From Octopus vulgaris (taxonomy: Eukaryota): a DNA stretch of 64,000 nucleotides. The position numbers and the translations under genes are program-made. This document shows, one piece after another, positions 52,061-64,000 of this stretch. Under the pieces are notes generated by a model. That model was not told where the DNA came from. It did no database searches and saw only the letters and a list, made by a program, of their open reading frames with translations. The DNA lies in NCBI GenBank assembly GCA_951406725.2, contig OX597814.1, positions 27,218,001-27,282,000 of the forward strand, given 5' to 3'. Position 1 is the stretch's first letter. Each line of letters begins with the position of its first letter.

Positions 52061-53004
52061 GGACGAAAAGAGGCCAACCCCGTCCTGTCTTCACCACACT
52101 TCCCTTTTCAGGATTCCTCTTCAGGTCAGTCCTTTGACCGTTGATGTCATGGCCCTCTTCTTCCAACTCATCCCCACATATATTTATTGTACTATTTCAT
52201 TAATCAAAAAACTGCATACATATTTATTGAAATCTTTGTGGAGAATGAAAAAATACAGTCATGTTGGCAGCAGTGGTGATAATAACAATGACAATGATAG
52301 TTATAAGAGGCAGGATGTCACTAAGTTCAATTTTATGCTATAACTTAAAAGTAAGCAACAGATTAGAGTCACTCATAACTGTCCCACCAACCAGATCAAT
52401 ACTGTAAAGAGCTGAAAATATATATACACAGGACTTTTGAAGTGACTCACTACTCAATTGTTAGTATTGTTGCTATTGTATTGTTGCCATTGTTAATACT
52501 GATGTACAAGTTTTAAATACACAAACTAGTCAAATAACACAATTGGTGAAACATGTGCTTCAATCAACAGCTGTTTTTATCATTTTATTTGATGTGGGAT
52601 TTTTCTCTTTCTCTCTCTCACTCTCTCTCTATCTGTTTTAAAGAAATTAGAGGAGGAAGGACAGGGCTCTTATAGGATCTTGGAAACAGGTAGGAGGGAA
52701 ACAGGTAGAACAAAGTGAACTGCACTTAAAACCTTGAAGGACCAGTGGCATTCAATCATTATTAAACATGTTCCCACCTCTGACATGTCTTAGCTTGCCA
52801 GCAGGCTCAGACATGTTAGAGGCTGGAGCATGTCAGTGACTGAAGCATATCATCTCCTCACACTGACTTTTTCTATTGCTCTCATAAGGGCCTCTTTTCC
52901 TTGAAGCTAGCTGGTCTTGTGCTTCTTCTACTTAAGCATTCCAACCCACTAATCTTTCCACATCTTGTCACTCTTGTTGCTTCCATTACTCTTTTCTTTT
53001 TTTT

Positions 53005-53400
53005 ACTCTTTTTATTTGTTTCAGTCATTTGACTGTGGCCATGCTGGAGCACCGCCTTTACTCAAGCAGATCGACCCCAGGACTTATTCTTTGTAAGCCT
53101 AGTACTTATTCTATTGGTCTCTTTTGCCGAACTGCTAAGTTACGGGGATGTAAACACACCAGCATCGGTTGTCAAGCAATGTTGGGGGGAACAAACACAG
53201 ACACACAAACATATACACACACTTACCTATATACATATATATACATATATATACATATATACGACGGGCTTCTTTCAGTTTCCATCTACCAAATCCACTC
53301 ACAAGGTTTTGGTTGGCCCGAGGCTATAGTAGAAGACACTTGCCCAAGGTGCCATGCAGTGGGACTGAACCTGGAACCATGTGGTTGGTAAGCAAGCTAT
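53005..53400 (-). mobile_element. Full-length family A SINE
   Basis: Complete family motifs. Confidence 0.88.
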
Positions 53401-53633
53401 ACATCACATATTCATACCAGTGCAATCCTTTCTTCTGTACACAACAGCTGATACCTTTATGCACACTTGTCCTCCACTGTTTATGGGTTCCAGCATTATG
53501 AATCTAGCAAAGTACGCTTGTCTCATGCTTTCACATATCCTCCACTGTCATAACTCATACATGCATACAAACATGTTCGTATAGGTGTGTGAAGAACCAG
53601 CAGTTTTTATCCTGGTAAAGTTATATAACTAGA

Positions 53634-54142
53634 TGTAGGAGTAGCTGTGTAGTAAGTAGCTTGCTTCCCAACCACATGGTTCTGGGTTCACTCCCACTGC
53701 ATGGCATTTTGGACAAGTGTCTTCTACTATAGCCTCAGGCCGACCAAAGCTTTGTGAGTGGATTTGGTAAAGAGAAACTGAAAGAAGCCTATTGTATATA
53801 TATGTATATGCATGGCTGTGTGGTAAGTAGCTTGCTTACCAACCACATGGTTCCAGGTTCAGTCCCACTGTGTGGCACCTTGGGCAAGTGTCTTCTACTA
53901 TAGTGTCAGGCCGACCAAAGCCTTCTGAGTGGATTTGGTAGACGGAAACTGAAAGAAGCCTGTTGTGTGTGTGTGTTTGAGTGTCTGTGTTTGTCCCCCC
54001 ACCACTGCTTGACAACTGATGTTGACGTGTTTACATCCTCGTAACTAAGTGGTTCAGCAAAAAGAGACTGATAAAATAAGTACTAGGCTTACAAAGAATA
54101 AATCCTGGGTTTGATTTGTTCAACTAAAGGTGGTGCTCCAGC
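53634..54142 (+). mobile_element. Family A SINE with duplicated head (53634-53800 and 53812-54142)
   Basis: Two tandem heads followed by one tail. Confidence 0.85.
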
Positions 54143-55180
54143 TTGTATATCTCATGTCAGCTTTGACAGAACTGACATAGGGCTATGCAGGATATTTCTT
54201 CTGAATCACATATAAAGATACCATCTTCAATAGGCCTTAATTGAACAGGTTGGATGTGAGGGGTTACTTTACTATATTCTAACAAATACGAGTAAAAAAA
54301 AATTTTTTTTTCAAGAAATATCTCAAAAGGTTAAAAGTAAAACTGTTTACTCAACTAATCATATGTTAAATAGTGACATTTCAACCATCAAAATTAGTGT
54401 TTTGTGTCCAAATGTAATTCGTTTGATAACTAACCCATCCTCACCTTCTGTCTTTCTGCAATATTTACTAAAACACTTGTATAATCATTTTCTCATTTTC
54501 TTTGAATCTAGATTCTTTTTGTAGGGAGACTAAACTTTCATCCTTTCAGCTTTATTAAAATCAGGTCAAAAACAAGTCAAAACAAAATTTGTACCAGTAT
54601 TATAAACTATATTCATTTCGAGCCAATAAGGGAGCTTCAATGCAGTTGCTCCTCTTGCTAGAAATACCAGCCAAATATTGTCAAATCTCACACAATTTCT
54701 TAAGGAAATGGCACATGTCATCCAATGCACTTCTAAAAAGACAGGATGATTACAATTGGAGCACATTTTATTATTGTCTACTGGATCCCAAGTTGACCTT
54801 CAGCTAAACAAGAACTATATTTGTTCTAAGGAGTTAATAGGATTTTTCAAAAGCTGTTACAGAAACCATGTGAAGTAGTTACAGAAGCATGTGATGAACA
54901 AGTTAATAACTTTGGGGATCTGAGTTTCATCCCAATGTGCAACAAACACTCTGAGCATGTGTCTTCTGCTATAGCTTCAAGTTGACCAATAACAAAATTG
55001 AACTTAAGAAGAAATGAAATAAAATCTAAGACTGATTTCTCTCCGAGGAATCTTGGTAAATCCTACTGAACACAACAACAAAAACCAAACAAATAAACCA
55101 GCTCACTGAGAAAGTTGTTCATGGGTACTTGAAATGAAAAACACATGATGTACCAATAAGTTTATAGCATCTCAATTTAA

Positions 55181-55400
55181 CCCTTTAGCATTCAAACCGG
55201 CCATATCTGGCCAAAATATTTAACCTGTTTTATATTGAAACTGACCAGATCTCGCCTCTCACCTCAGCCCTACCATGTCATTCTAAAACTAAAAAATCAC
55301 ATCATTGAACTCTCTAAACTACAAGATAATGCAGGATTAATTCAAACCATTTTAAATAAACAAACATTACATTTGACAGAATAATCTGAACACTAAAGGG
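55181..55400. mobile_element. piggyBac-like MITE (family 1), opposite orientation to 49044-49264
   Basis: TTAA|ccctttag…ctaaaggg|TTAA. Confidence 0.88.
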
Positions 55401-58079
55401 TTAAATCCACGTTAAATCTAAAAGACAGAATTCCTCACCCAGTGTTTTCTACACAAAAGATAAAAACAGAAATCTCAATAGCAAATGTAAGCTATGCAAA
55501 ACCAAAACTGAAGACATTTGCCATATCACTGTCAACTGTAAGAGAATGTCTCTGAAATACTACCTCTTCATAGGGCATGTGATGATCAGAGCAAAAGAAA
55601 GGGAAAAATAACTTATAAAGACTATCACATTGAGAGTAATGTATCAAAAGAATATTAATGGAACCTAAGAATAAGAGCAGCCACCAGATTAAAATACAAC
55701 AAACCAAATATTACTGTTTGGAGCTACAAAATTGAATATGCTCTGTTTTAGAAATCAGCTACCAAGCTGATGTCAATATGGTAAGAAAAGTACAAGAGAA
55801 AGAAGATATCTAGGGATAACTGATGTGGAGCCTTCAATCCAGTGCCTACAATACATTTTCACCTTTGTGCTCATTATTATTAGAATGACAGGGTATATAC
55901 CAACCTGCCTAGAACAAAGTATAGTTGAATTTGGATTCTTGAGGAAAGAATGCCAAACCACACATAATTCATATACTAGAGGATCATATCTGGTACATGA
56001 AAAATCTGCAAGGCCTTCTTTTAATGTTTTTTTTTTAATATGTGTTTATACAAAGTTGTTTTGTTTTCATTTTTATTTTCTTCTTTCTATTTTTCTTTAC
56101 AAACTTATTACTGAGCAAGTTTTACCACTGCAAAAATAAACTGTAAAGCTCCAATCAAGAAAAGAAAATATATACTTACACATGCACACACACACAGTCT
56201 GCATATATATATATAAGAGAAGTGGGTGATTATAAAAATCTGATGTTAATCACATGGAATACCATCCACTTCGTGAGGAACTCCATATTGGCTGTGGTAT
56301 GTATACCACATAGTTAAGAAAAAGATTGGTTGAAGGGCATTTTAGACAATGCAATTAATATGAAGAGCATGTGTAGTTGTCATTATACACATTAAGCTAA
56401 TTTCATTCATAATACAGTCATTATAGAAACCAATTTTTTCCACTTTCTTGGAACTTGGTAGTGACTGAGTGACATGAAATAGCAATTGCCAGGGATTTGG
56501 TAAGATAGACTAATAATTTTTCTACACAAACAAATATACATTTTTGTAGTAAGACATTAAATTCTGATAAAACAAATTATGGTTTACATTAATACTAAAT
56601 GCATACACTTCACAACAGGGAATAACTTAGTTTGCTATGAAGAGGAGGGGTCTGATATTTCAAGTAGGCCTCTTCATCAAAGATATATTTGTATATATTT
56701 ATTAAGTTGTTTATTCACTCGAGAGTCTTGGGTCAACCTGAGACTATGGTGGAAGATGCTAGCAATGTCTTTACAACACTAAAACTTGAATTTTTATTCT
56801 TTCAGACTTAACTGTAGTCAAAGAAAGGCCAGAAGAACCAACAGATGTTATTTCAAGGAATGTAGCACCAACATATCCAAAGATCCAGTATTCAATAATA
56901 AGACAGTTCTAATACTTTTTTCATATTAAGGAGAGGTGTAAGTCAATTATATTACTCTCAGAAGTACTTGAATAGAACCTAATTTTATTGGCCCCAGAGG
57001 GATGTAAAACAAAGTAAAGTAAAGTTGATCCTGATAGTATTTTAACATATATAGAGTCTTGATAATGATTTCTAACTTTGTTACTAAGCAACGAAATATA
57101 GTCAACTGAACAGTCCATTACTGCCTGCTTATTTTATCAACTCTGGAGAGGTAAAAGACAAAGGCGATCTCAACAAGATTTGAACATAACACAAAAACTT
57201 GTAATGAAATATTGCAAGTCAGTTTGTCAAACACTTTTCATTTTGCTACCCACCACCCTTCACAGTACTAAAAATAACAACTATTTGTGGTACTTATTTA
57301 AGTTTCCAAGATATGAAGCAAATTATAAGACATCTCATACTCCTGGATAATTTAGCTCCTAAGAGAACTTAAATTCATTTATCACTGAAAGCTAATGAAG
57401 AACTTGCCAGTTAACAGTGTAGTTTATAAACCAATGAGGGGAATTTATGTAACCAGTGAATTTGCTAGAAATAACAACAAATCACACTCAACTATCTTTA
57501 AAAATGAGTAGGATACACAGGATAATGTGGTCTTAGATACTCTGTATCCTATAAACAAAGCAAATGGGATGGTCACAGAATGCCTTTAGATCATGAGTCT
57601 AGAAGATGAGACAACAATACCAACAGGGTAGTTTAGACTTAAATGTCTAGTCTAAGGAACAGTAAAGTGCAACACAGTTTACATTCTATGACAGAACGCC
57701 AACCACCAACCCTTCAACTGAGTCACTTATGGCTATCTCTGCATAATGACTCTTTTTCACTGGAACTTATAGGTTGATTAATAGCCTTAAGTTCATGTCA
57801 GATCAATCAAACTTTGTATAGATAGAATGTTAGCCAATTACAGATTAACTACTGAAATAGCATAATTATTTATTTTCCTACCAAGGCAAATCAAGACAAG
57901 TAATATTAAGTGACTTTCTCCAAGGTCACAGCACAGTATCCGCAGCATTAAATCATATCATACAAATCATATCAAGTATTTGTGATTAGAACTAATAGAT
58001 TAGAACCTAATCCACTCATTCTATATTTTTCTTGTACTGATTGATATACATATAAAGAAAAAAAAAAGCTCTCTATCTA

Positions 58080-59140
58080 GGTGCAGGCATGGCTGTGTAG
58101 TAAGAAGCTTGCTTCCCAACTGCATGGTTCTGGGTTCAGTCCCACTGTGTGGCACCTTTGGCAAGTGTCTTCTACTATAGCCTCAAGCTAACCAAAGCCT
58201 TGTGAGAGGATCTGGCAGATGAAAACTGAAAGAAGCCCATCGCGTGTGTGTATATATGTGTATGTGTGTGATCTATATATGTGTTTGTGTTTACATCCCT
58301 GTAACTTAGCAAATCAGCAAAAGAGACTGATAGAATAAGTACTAGGCTTAAAAAAATAAGTCCTGGGATTGACTTGTTCAACTAAAACTCTTCAAGGTGG
58401 TGCTCCAGCATCGCCACAGTCAATGACTGAAACAAATAAAAGAATCTATTTAGCCAAATGAAACCAGTTTTGTTTAGAACATGGTTTTGTAGTCAAAACG
58501 TTTGTTTCCCAACCACATGGTTTCAAGTTCATTTGCACTGCACAGCACCTTGGGTATGCTTTTCCTATTACAGCCCGGGGCAATCAAAGCCTAATGAATG
58601 GATTTGTTAGATGGAAACTGAAAAAACCCCATCTATAGTAGAAAGCACTTGCTCAAAGTGTGACTGAACCTAAAAGCAGGTGTCTTAAGCACATGACCAC
58701 ACCTGTACCTTACACACACACATTTTTAGTTCAACTTTCCTGTTTACATCACCAAATATATCTCTTACCTTTTACTTGCTTCACTCACTAAACTGTGGGG
58801 CATTGCCTTGAAGAATTCTAGTTGAATGAATTAATATCAGTACTTTTTTTTTAAACCTGGTAATTATTCTATTGATCTTTTTTTTTTTTGCCAAACCACA
58901 AAGTTACAGAGACATAAATACACCAACACCAATTGCAAGCATTGGTGTGGGACAAAGACACAAATATATATATACACACACACAAAAGGCTTCTTTCAGT
59001 TTCCATCTACAAAATCCACAAAGCTTTGGTTGGTTTTGAGACTATAGTAGAAGACACTTGCCCAAAGTTTCATGCAGTGAGACTGAACCCAGAACCGTGT
59101 AGCTAGGAAGCAAACTTTTTACCACTCAGCCACATCTGCA
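58080..59140. mobile_element. Cluster of family A SINEs (+ 58080-58445, + partial 58480-58632, - 58770-59140)
   Basis: Family motifs in both orientations. Confidence 0.8.
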
Positions 59141-60654
59141 CATACACACACAAACATACACACCACCTGAGCAGGATATACTTTGCTAAGGAGGTTTAAA
59201 TAAAACAAAACTATGTTTGTCGCTTTCTGCAATTAATTTTAAAGACCAGATCCAGTCCAGACATTTTGATCAACTGATTTCATTATAGCTATCGCTCACA
59301 CATTTTTTTTACATCTTAAACCACTCTTTGAGGGAGTACTTACATACTCATTGCTTAATCTCAAGTCAGTATATTACATGCATTCATAATCAGCTTCATT
59401 ACATTCTCGTTTCTCTAATTGTATAAATACACTGATTGTTCTTACTTTTGAAGTAAATTTCCTTCGCTAAAGTGGTTTAAATAAGACCAAAACATATCTG
59501 TTACATTCACTAGTAGGCATTAAAGATCAAATCCATTTCAATTTGCATTGGCCAAACCATCCAAAAATTTCAATTAACCGGGGTACTTTGAGCAAATTCC
59601 TTCTTCTATAACTTCAGGTCAGCCAAAAATTTGTGAGTGAACTTATTGATGAAAACTGAAAAATCTATCTCTCTGAGAGAGAGAGAGATTTTTCTTGGCT
59701 ATTTCTTGGATAATAGCCATTATTATCCAAGCTATTTCTTGGATAATCACAATCAATTAAAGGTTTTAACTTACATTATTACATATGTGACACTCGACCA
59801 TACTATATCCAGTGTTTTAAACCCAAATCAATATATTACACAAAAACATTAATTCATTTAGCTTTTGTTTTTTCACTAACTTACATGAGGTAAAAATACA
59901 TGCTATAAAAGGAGATATTCTTTTTAAATGCTCATATATCACAAAGTATACAGTATGCCAACACATATATTTTAAAGAAGACAATAGGTAACTTGAGTTC
60001 AATGTTCATTAACAGATGTGAAGGAAGAGTAAACTGATAACCAGTGTCATGTTACAACACAAAAAATATAAAGTTCTCATACAGAACATGATACAGCACT
60101 GGAAATTTTATGAAGCAGAAGATAAAATAGCTTAGATAATTCATCTATACACTGTTACTGCTGAGATTTTCAATGAAATACTTCAGTGGCTTATATTGCC
60201 AGTATTTTCTTTTCCTTTTCTTTTAGTATTTTTATATAGCCTACAGTCTATTGATTTTTTTTTTTTTTTTTTTTTTTTACATGTCAGCAAAAAAAACAAA
60301 AAGAAACCAGCAAAAACTAAAAAATCAAGCTCTTGCAAGTTCAATTTTTGACCATCTATTATAGATAAACTGTTGTAATGATATATATTAAGAGGCACTT
60401 AAACAAATACACTCCACGTCTCAAGAAGCTTGCCCCCTCACATTATTCAGAATGTGTATCGTTACAAATTTTATCTATCGCGGTTATGTGTTAACTGACA
60501 AACAGAACGACTTTCATAATTTTATTACGCGTTCGTGTATAAACACATACTCTCCCTATTACACACATGAATATATTATATATATATATATAAGCAATTA
60601 TTGGCATAAGAAAATTATTGCCTATCCCATTAATTGCTTCTGTACCCACTCAAC

Positions 60655-60698
60655 CTGATCCTTCTTATAGCCTTTCTTCACCAAGTGGAATGATCCCC
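60655..60698 (-). CDS. Weak 44-nt exon candidate (GSFHLVKKGYKKDQ)
   Basis: tctttacag|g acceptor and cag|gttgag donor; only one frame is open. Confidence 0.2.
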
Positions 60699-60777
60699 CT
60701 GTAAAGACATCAGAATCTAAGTTTGAATCTTTTAAGCATATACACACACACACATATATATAAACATACATATATGC

Positions 60778-60840
<63 letters not shown>

Positions 60841-60969
60841 CATACACATTTCTTAGAAAAGGATGTGTGGTGTTCAATCATATAACAATATAAATAATAT
60901 ATAAATATATGCATATATACATACATATATGTACATACCTACATATATATGTATATATACATGCATATA

Positions 60970-61175
60970 TGGGTACAGGACATAAAAAAAAATGTAGACA
61001 GAATGAGAAACAAGAACATAAAAATACAAAAAAACATAGAAAACGAACTTTTCTTTCGAACAACAAAAAAAAAACAGAGAAATGAGACATGTAACATAAA
61101 GAACATTCCCTTCCGTGGAGTAGATAAAACAGGGGACAACTGATGAAGGGAATGTTCTTTATGTTGCATGTCTCT
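60970..61175. mobile_element. Penelope-like terminal fragment with inverted duplication, within TA/CA microsatellite
   Basis: ~30-bp inverted arms gagacatgtaacataaagaacattcccttc / gaagggaatgttctttatgttgcatgtctc; CTGATGA at ~61140. Confidence 0.5.
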
Positions 61176-61518
61176 CACACACACATGTATATATGCATAT
61201 ATATGTACATATAAGGGTAAAATCCAGGGATCCAAGTGTAGGAAGTTTGTAAACTTCAAGCAGTCTGTGGCAAGTATAGAAAACAAAAAGTGAACAGTAT
61301 ATGATCAGGAATAATAACAATTTATTGGCATTGAAGGTTACACACTTTTTGCCATACTGAATTTGAATGAGGAAATTCAATGATAAGCTGAAAGTTTCAG
61401 TATAGCTCATGATTAGCATCTAGCTGAGTACTCCTTATTGATTAATTATTACATCAGAGGATCGACGAGTAAAGAAACATAGGTAGCCTGGATTTTACCT
61501 GTTCCACTCTCTGAAACA

Positions 61519-61812
61519 TGGAGGCGCAATGGCCCAATGGTTAGGGCAGCAGACTCGCGGTCGTAGGATCGCGGTTTCGATTCCCAGACCGGGTGTTGTG
61601 AGTGTTTATTGAGCGAAAACACCTAAAAGCTCCACGAGGCTCCGGCAGGAGGTGGTGATCCCTGCCGTACTCTTTCACCACTCTTTCTTCTGTTGGCTTG
61701 CTCGCTTAGCCAGCGGGGTGGCGTCATTCCAAGGCTAAAACAATGTGAACGCATTGTGACCAGCGATGTGTAACTACATCTGATGGACTGGTCGGTCACG
61801 TGATCACGTGAT
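61519..61812 (+). mobile_element. tRNA-derived SINE sharing the family C head, with a different tail (cacgtgat repeats)
   Basis: Head nearly identical to the reverse complement of 17600-17769; diverges after ~61690. Confidence 0.87.
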
Positions 61813-61874
61813 ATATAAACACGAGTGAGCAAACAAATGAAAGAAGGTAGCACTTAATATATTTGGTAGGAGAT

Positions 61875-62131
61875 CCATGTCGGTGACACGTAAAAAGCAC
61901 CAACCGATCGTGGCCGTTTGCCAGCCTCCTCTGGCTCTGTGCCGGTGGCACGTAAAAAGCACCCACTACACTCACGGAGCAGTTGGCGTTAGGAAGGGCA
62001 TCCAGCTGTAGAAACACTGCCAGATCAGACTGGAGCCTGGTGTAGCCTCCTGGCTTCCCAGACCCTGGTCGAACCGTCCAACCCATGCTAGCATAGAAAA
62101 CAGACATTAAAAGATGATGATGATGATGATT
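61875..62131 (+). mobile_element. RTE LINE 3' UTR, young
   Basis: Tail family with (GAT)n end. Confidence 0.85.
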
Positions 62132-63194
62132 ATTATTTATTCATTTTTTAATAAGTTTTACTCAGCTCCACATGACTCTGCTCATAGCATCTGAAGAGAT
62201 GGACATGTCCTACAAACCTACAAAACTGTAACTTTGTAACTTATATGGGGCTGAGTCAGAATGTTATTCTGTGTACATCTGTGTATGGCGGGGGTATATG
62301 CACACATGGATCTTGGTCAGAATTTTTAACCAGGAGTGTTTAGTTGTCCAGTCAACTGAGCTCTCATGTCCATTGAATTTGTCCGTGAGTGACTGAGTAT
62401 TTCACAGAGATGTGTACTCTTGATGTAATATTTCTCAGGAGGAATCATTATGTCACTGTATCATAAAGCTGATCCTTTGAATGACAAGTACAATCCAACT
62501 GGCAGACTTCCATGTAATTTCCATCTAGCCAATATCACTCACAAGGTATGGGGCAACTCAAGGTTACATAACATGACATTTCTCTAATAATCAAATGAGG
62601 AACCATTTAAGTGATCCCTGAACAGACTAGACATAGCAGCTAAATCTCTGTCAAATCATACCTTGTCATTTTAAAAGAAAGAGAAGAACATATCAGATAG
62701 AGTAGTTCTAAATAATAATTCTAAAAAAAAGGAAGATGGGATGGTCATAGTTAGAATGCTTTTGATCATGACTGCTAATTCAGAACCAACTTGTATCTAA
62801 ACAACAAATGCATCAACAATCTGCTGACTATATTAAATTTCAATAATAGTTTTCCAAAATTCCATATTCAATCATGAAAAAATTGAGTTCATATTTTAAC
62901 AATTCTATTTTTGTAAATGTAATTCAAAATACAAAACAATATTTTATAAAAGAAAAAAATGTTAAAATAATGACTGCAAAATGAAAAGAAGTTTTACATG
63001 CGTTTACTAGCTTTGTAAATCAACTTGTACAAAGAATTCTATCAGAGTTATGTGAGTGATCAATATAAAATATCAACCAAAATATTTCTATTTCATGAAG
63101 GATAATTTGAGATTATGAGATTCCTGAGGTAAACATGTGCATATGTCTTTTATAAAGTTATGTTCTGAACAATGGGTTGATGTATCTTTGTATT

Positions 63195-63502
63195 TTGTAC
63201 TTGTTTCAGTCATTGGACTGTGCTCATGTTGGAGCACCACCTTGAAGAGTATAGTCAAACAAATCAGGTCTGGTACTTATTTATCCCTTTTTGCCAAACC
63301 GCTCACTTACAACACAGATTGTTAGGTGGAGGCAACACACACACACATATACACAATGGGCTTCTTTCAGTTTCCATTTACAGAATCCATGCACAAGGCT
63401 TTGGTTAGTCTGAGGCTATAACAAAAGACCCAAGAAGTCATGCTGTGAAACTGAACCTGCAACTACATAGCTGGGAAGCAAGTTTGTTACTACATAGCCA
63501 TA
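63195..63502 (-). mobile_element. Diverged family A SINE
   Basis: Family motifs with deletions. Confidence 0.7.
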
Positions 63503-64000
63503 AGTTACACATATTTTACTCAACACGTCCAAAATTTTAAATAATGACACACATAGGATATAAGGTAACAAATGGGTTAATGAGCAAACAAAATAATAAA
63601 TGATTGATTAAAACAAGAAATAGAAATAACATTTTATGAAGCATTAATAAGTTTTGTAATCAATTTGTGATGATTTAAGTTGGACAATCAAAAAAATTTA
63701 CATTTCATTCAGAGATGATCCAACGAACTAGTGGAAAATATTACATAAATGAAATATAAAAAAAGTAGTGTAATGTGGTGGTGGTGGTGGTGGCAGCAGC
63801 AGCTGCAGTAGTGGTAGTGGTGACAGCAGTGGCGGGGGTGGTGGTGTGATGGGTTCAATTAACCAGTCAATCTATCAATCAGTGTAAGAGTTAATTATTA
63901 TATAAACATTAAATTAGGTAATCAGCAATGCAAAATTCAATCTTATCTCAGCAACAAAATGCTATAAAGGGATTTCAGAGTAGGGTATCTTATTTTGGAT

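Noticed and set aside
55492-55707. 71-aa minus-strand ORF with a pyrimidine tract
   Set aside because: The tract is not followed by a nearby AG, and no motif is recognisable.
63774-63850. (GGT/GCA)n tract resembling a coding low-complexity exon (also 46140-46211)
   Set aside because: No flanking splice sites or ORF, unlike 34333-34611.

Overview
This is AT-rich eukaryotic (metazoan) DNA, not prokaryotic. The repeat families and the degenerate 'xxEKPxHCDICGKxF' C2H2 zinc-finger relic point to a coleoid cephalopod, probably Octopus (inference). Most of the window is intron or intergenic sequence filled with tRNA-derived SINEs, RTE, CR1 and other LINE fragments, Helitrons, hAT, piggyBac and Tc1 MITEs, a decayed Chapaev-type transposon, a Gypsy gag relic, Penelope-like ends and microsatellites. 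Almost all ORFs in the supplied track are repeat artefacts. The best genic signals are two minus-strand, frame-preserving candidate exons with canonical splice sites: 34333-34611 (poly-His/poly-Gln) and 48777-48998. Weaker exon candidates and two CpG-retaining, promoter-like zones (~8.4-11.2 kb, ~38.6-40.2 kb) are also present. I cannot name the gene(s). The most unusual observations are an intact BovB-like RTE insertion with TSD, several strong fold-back or hairpin structures, a pseudoknot-like motif in the RTE 3' UTR that also seeds minisatellites, and hammerhead-like cores in (TA)n-associated Penelope-like ends. No CRISPR, rRNA or real tRNA gene was seen, and I found no convincing wholly new multi-gene system. 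Coordinates were counted by eye and repeat boundaries are approximate.
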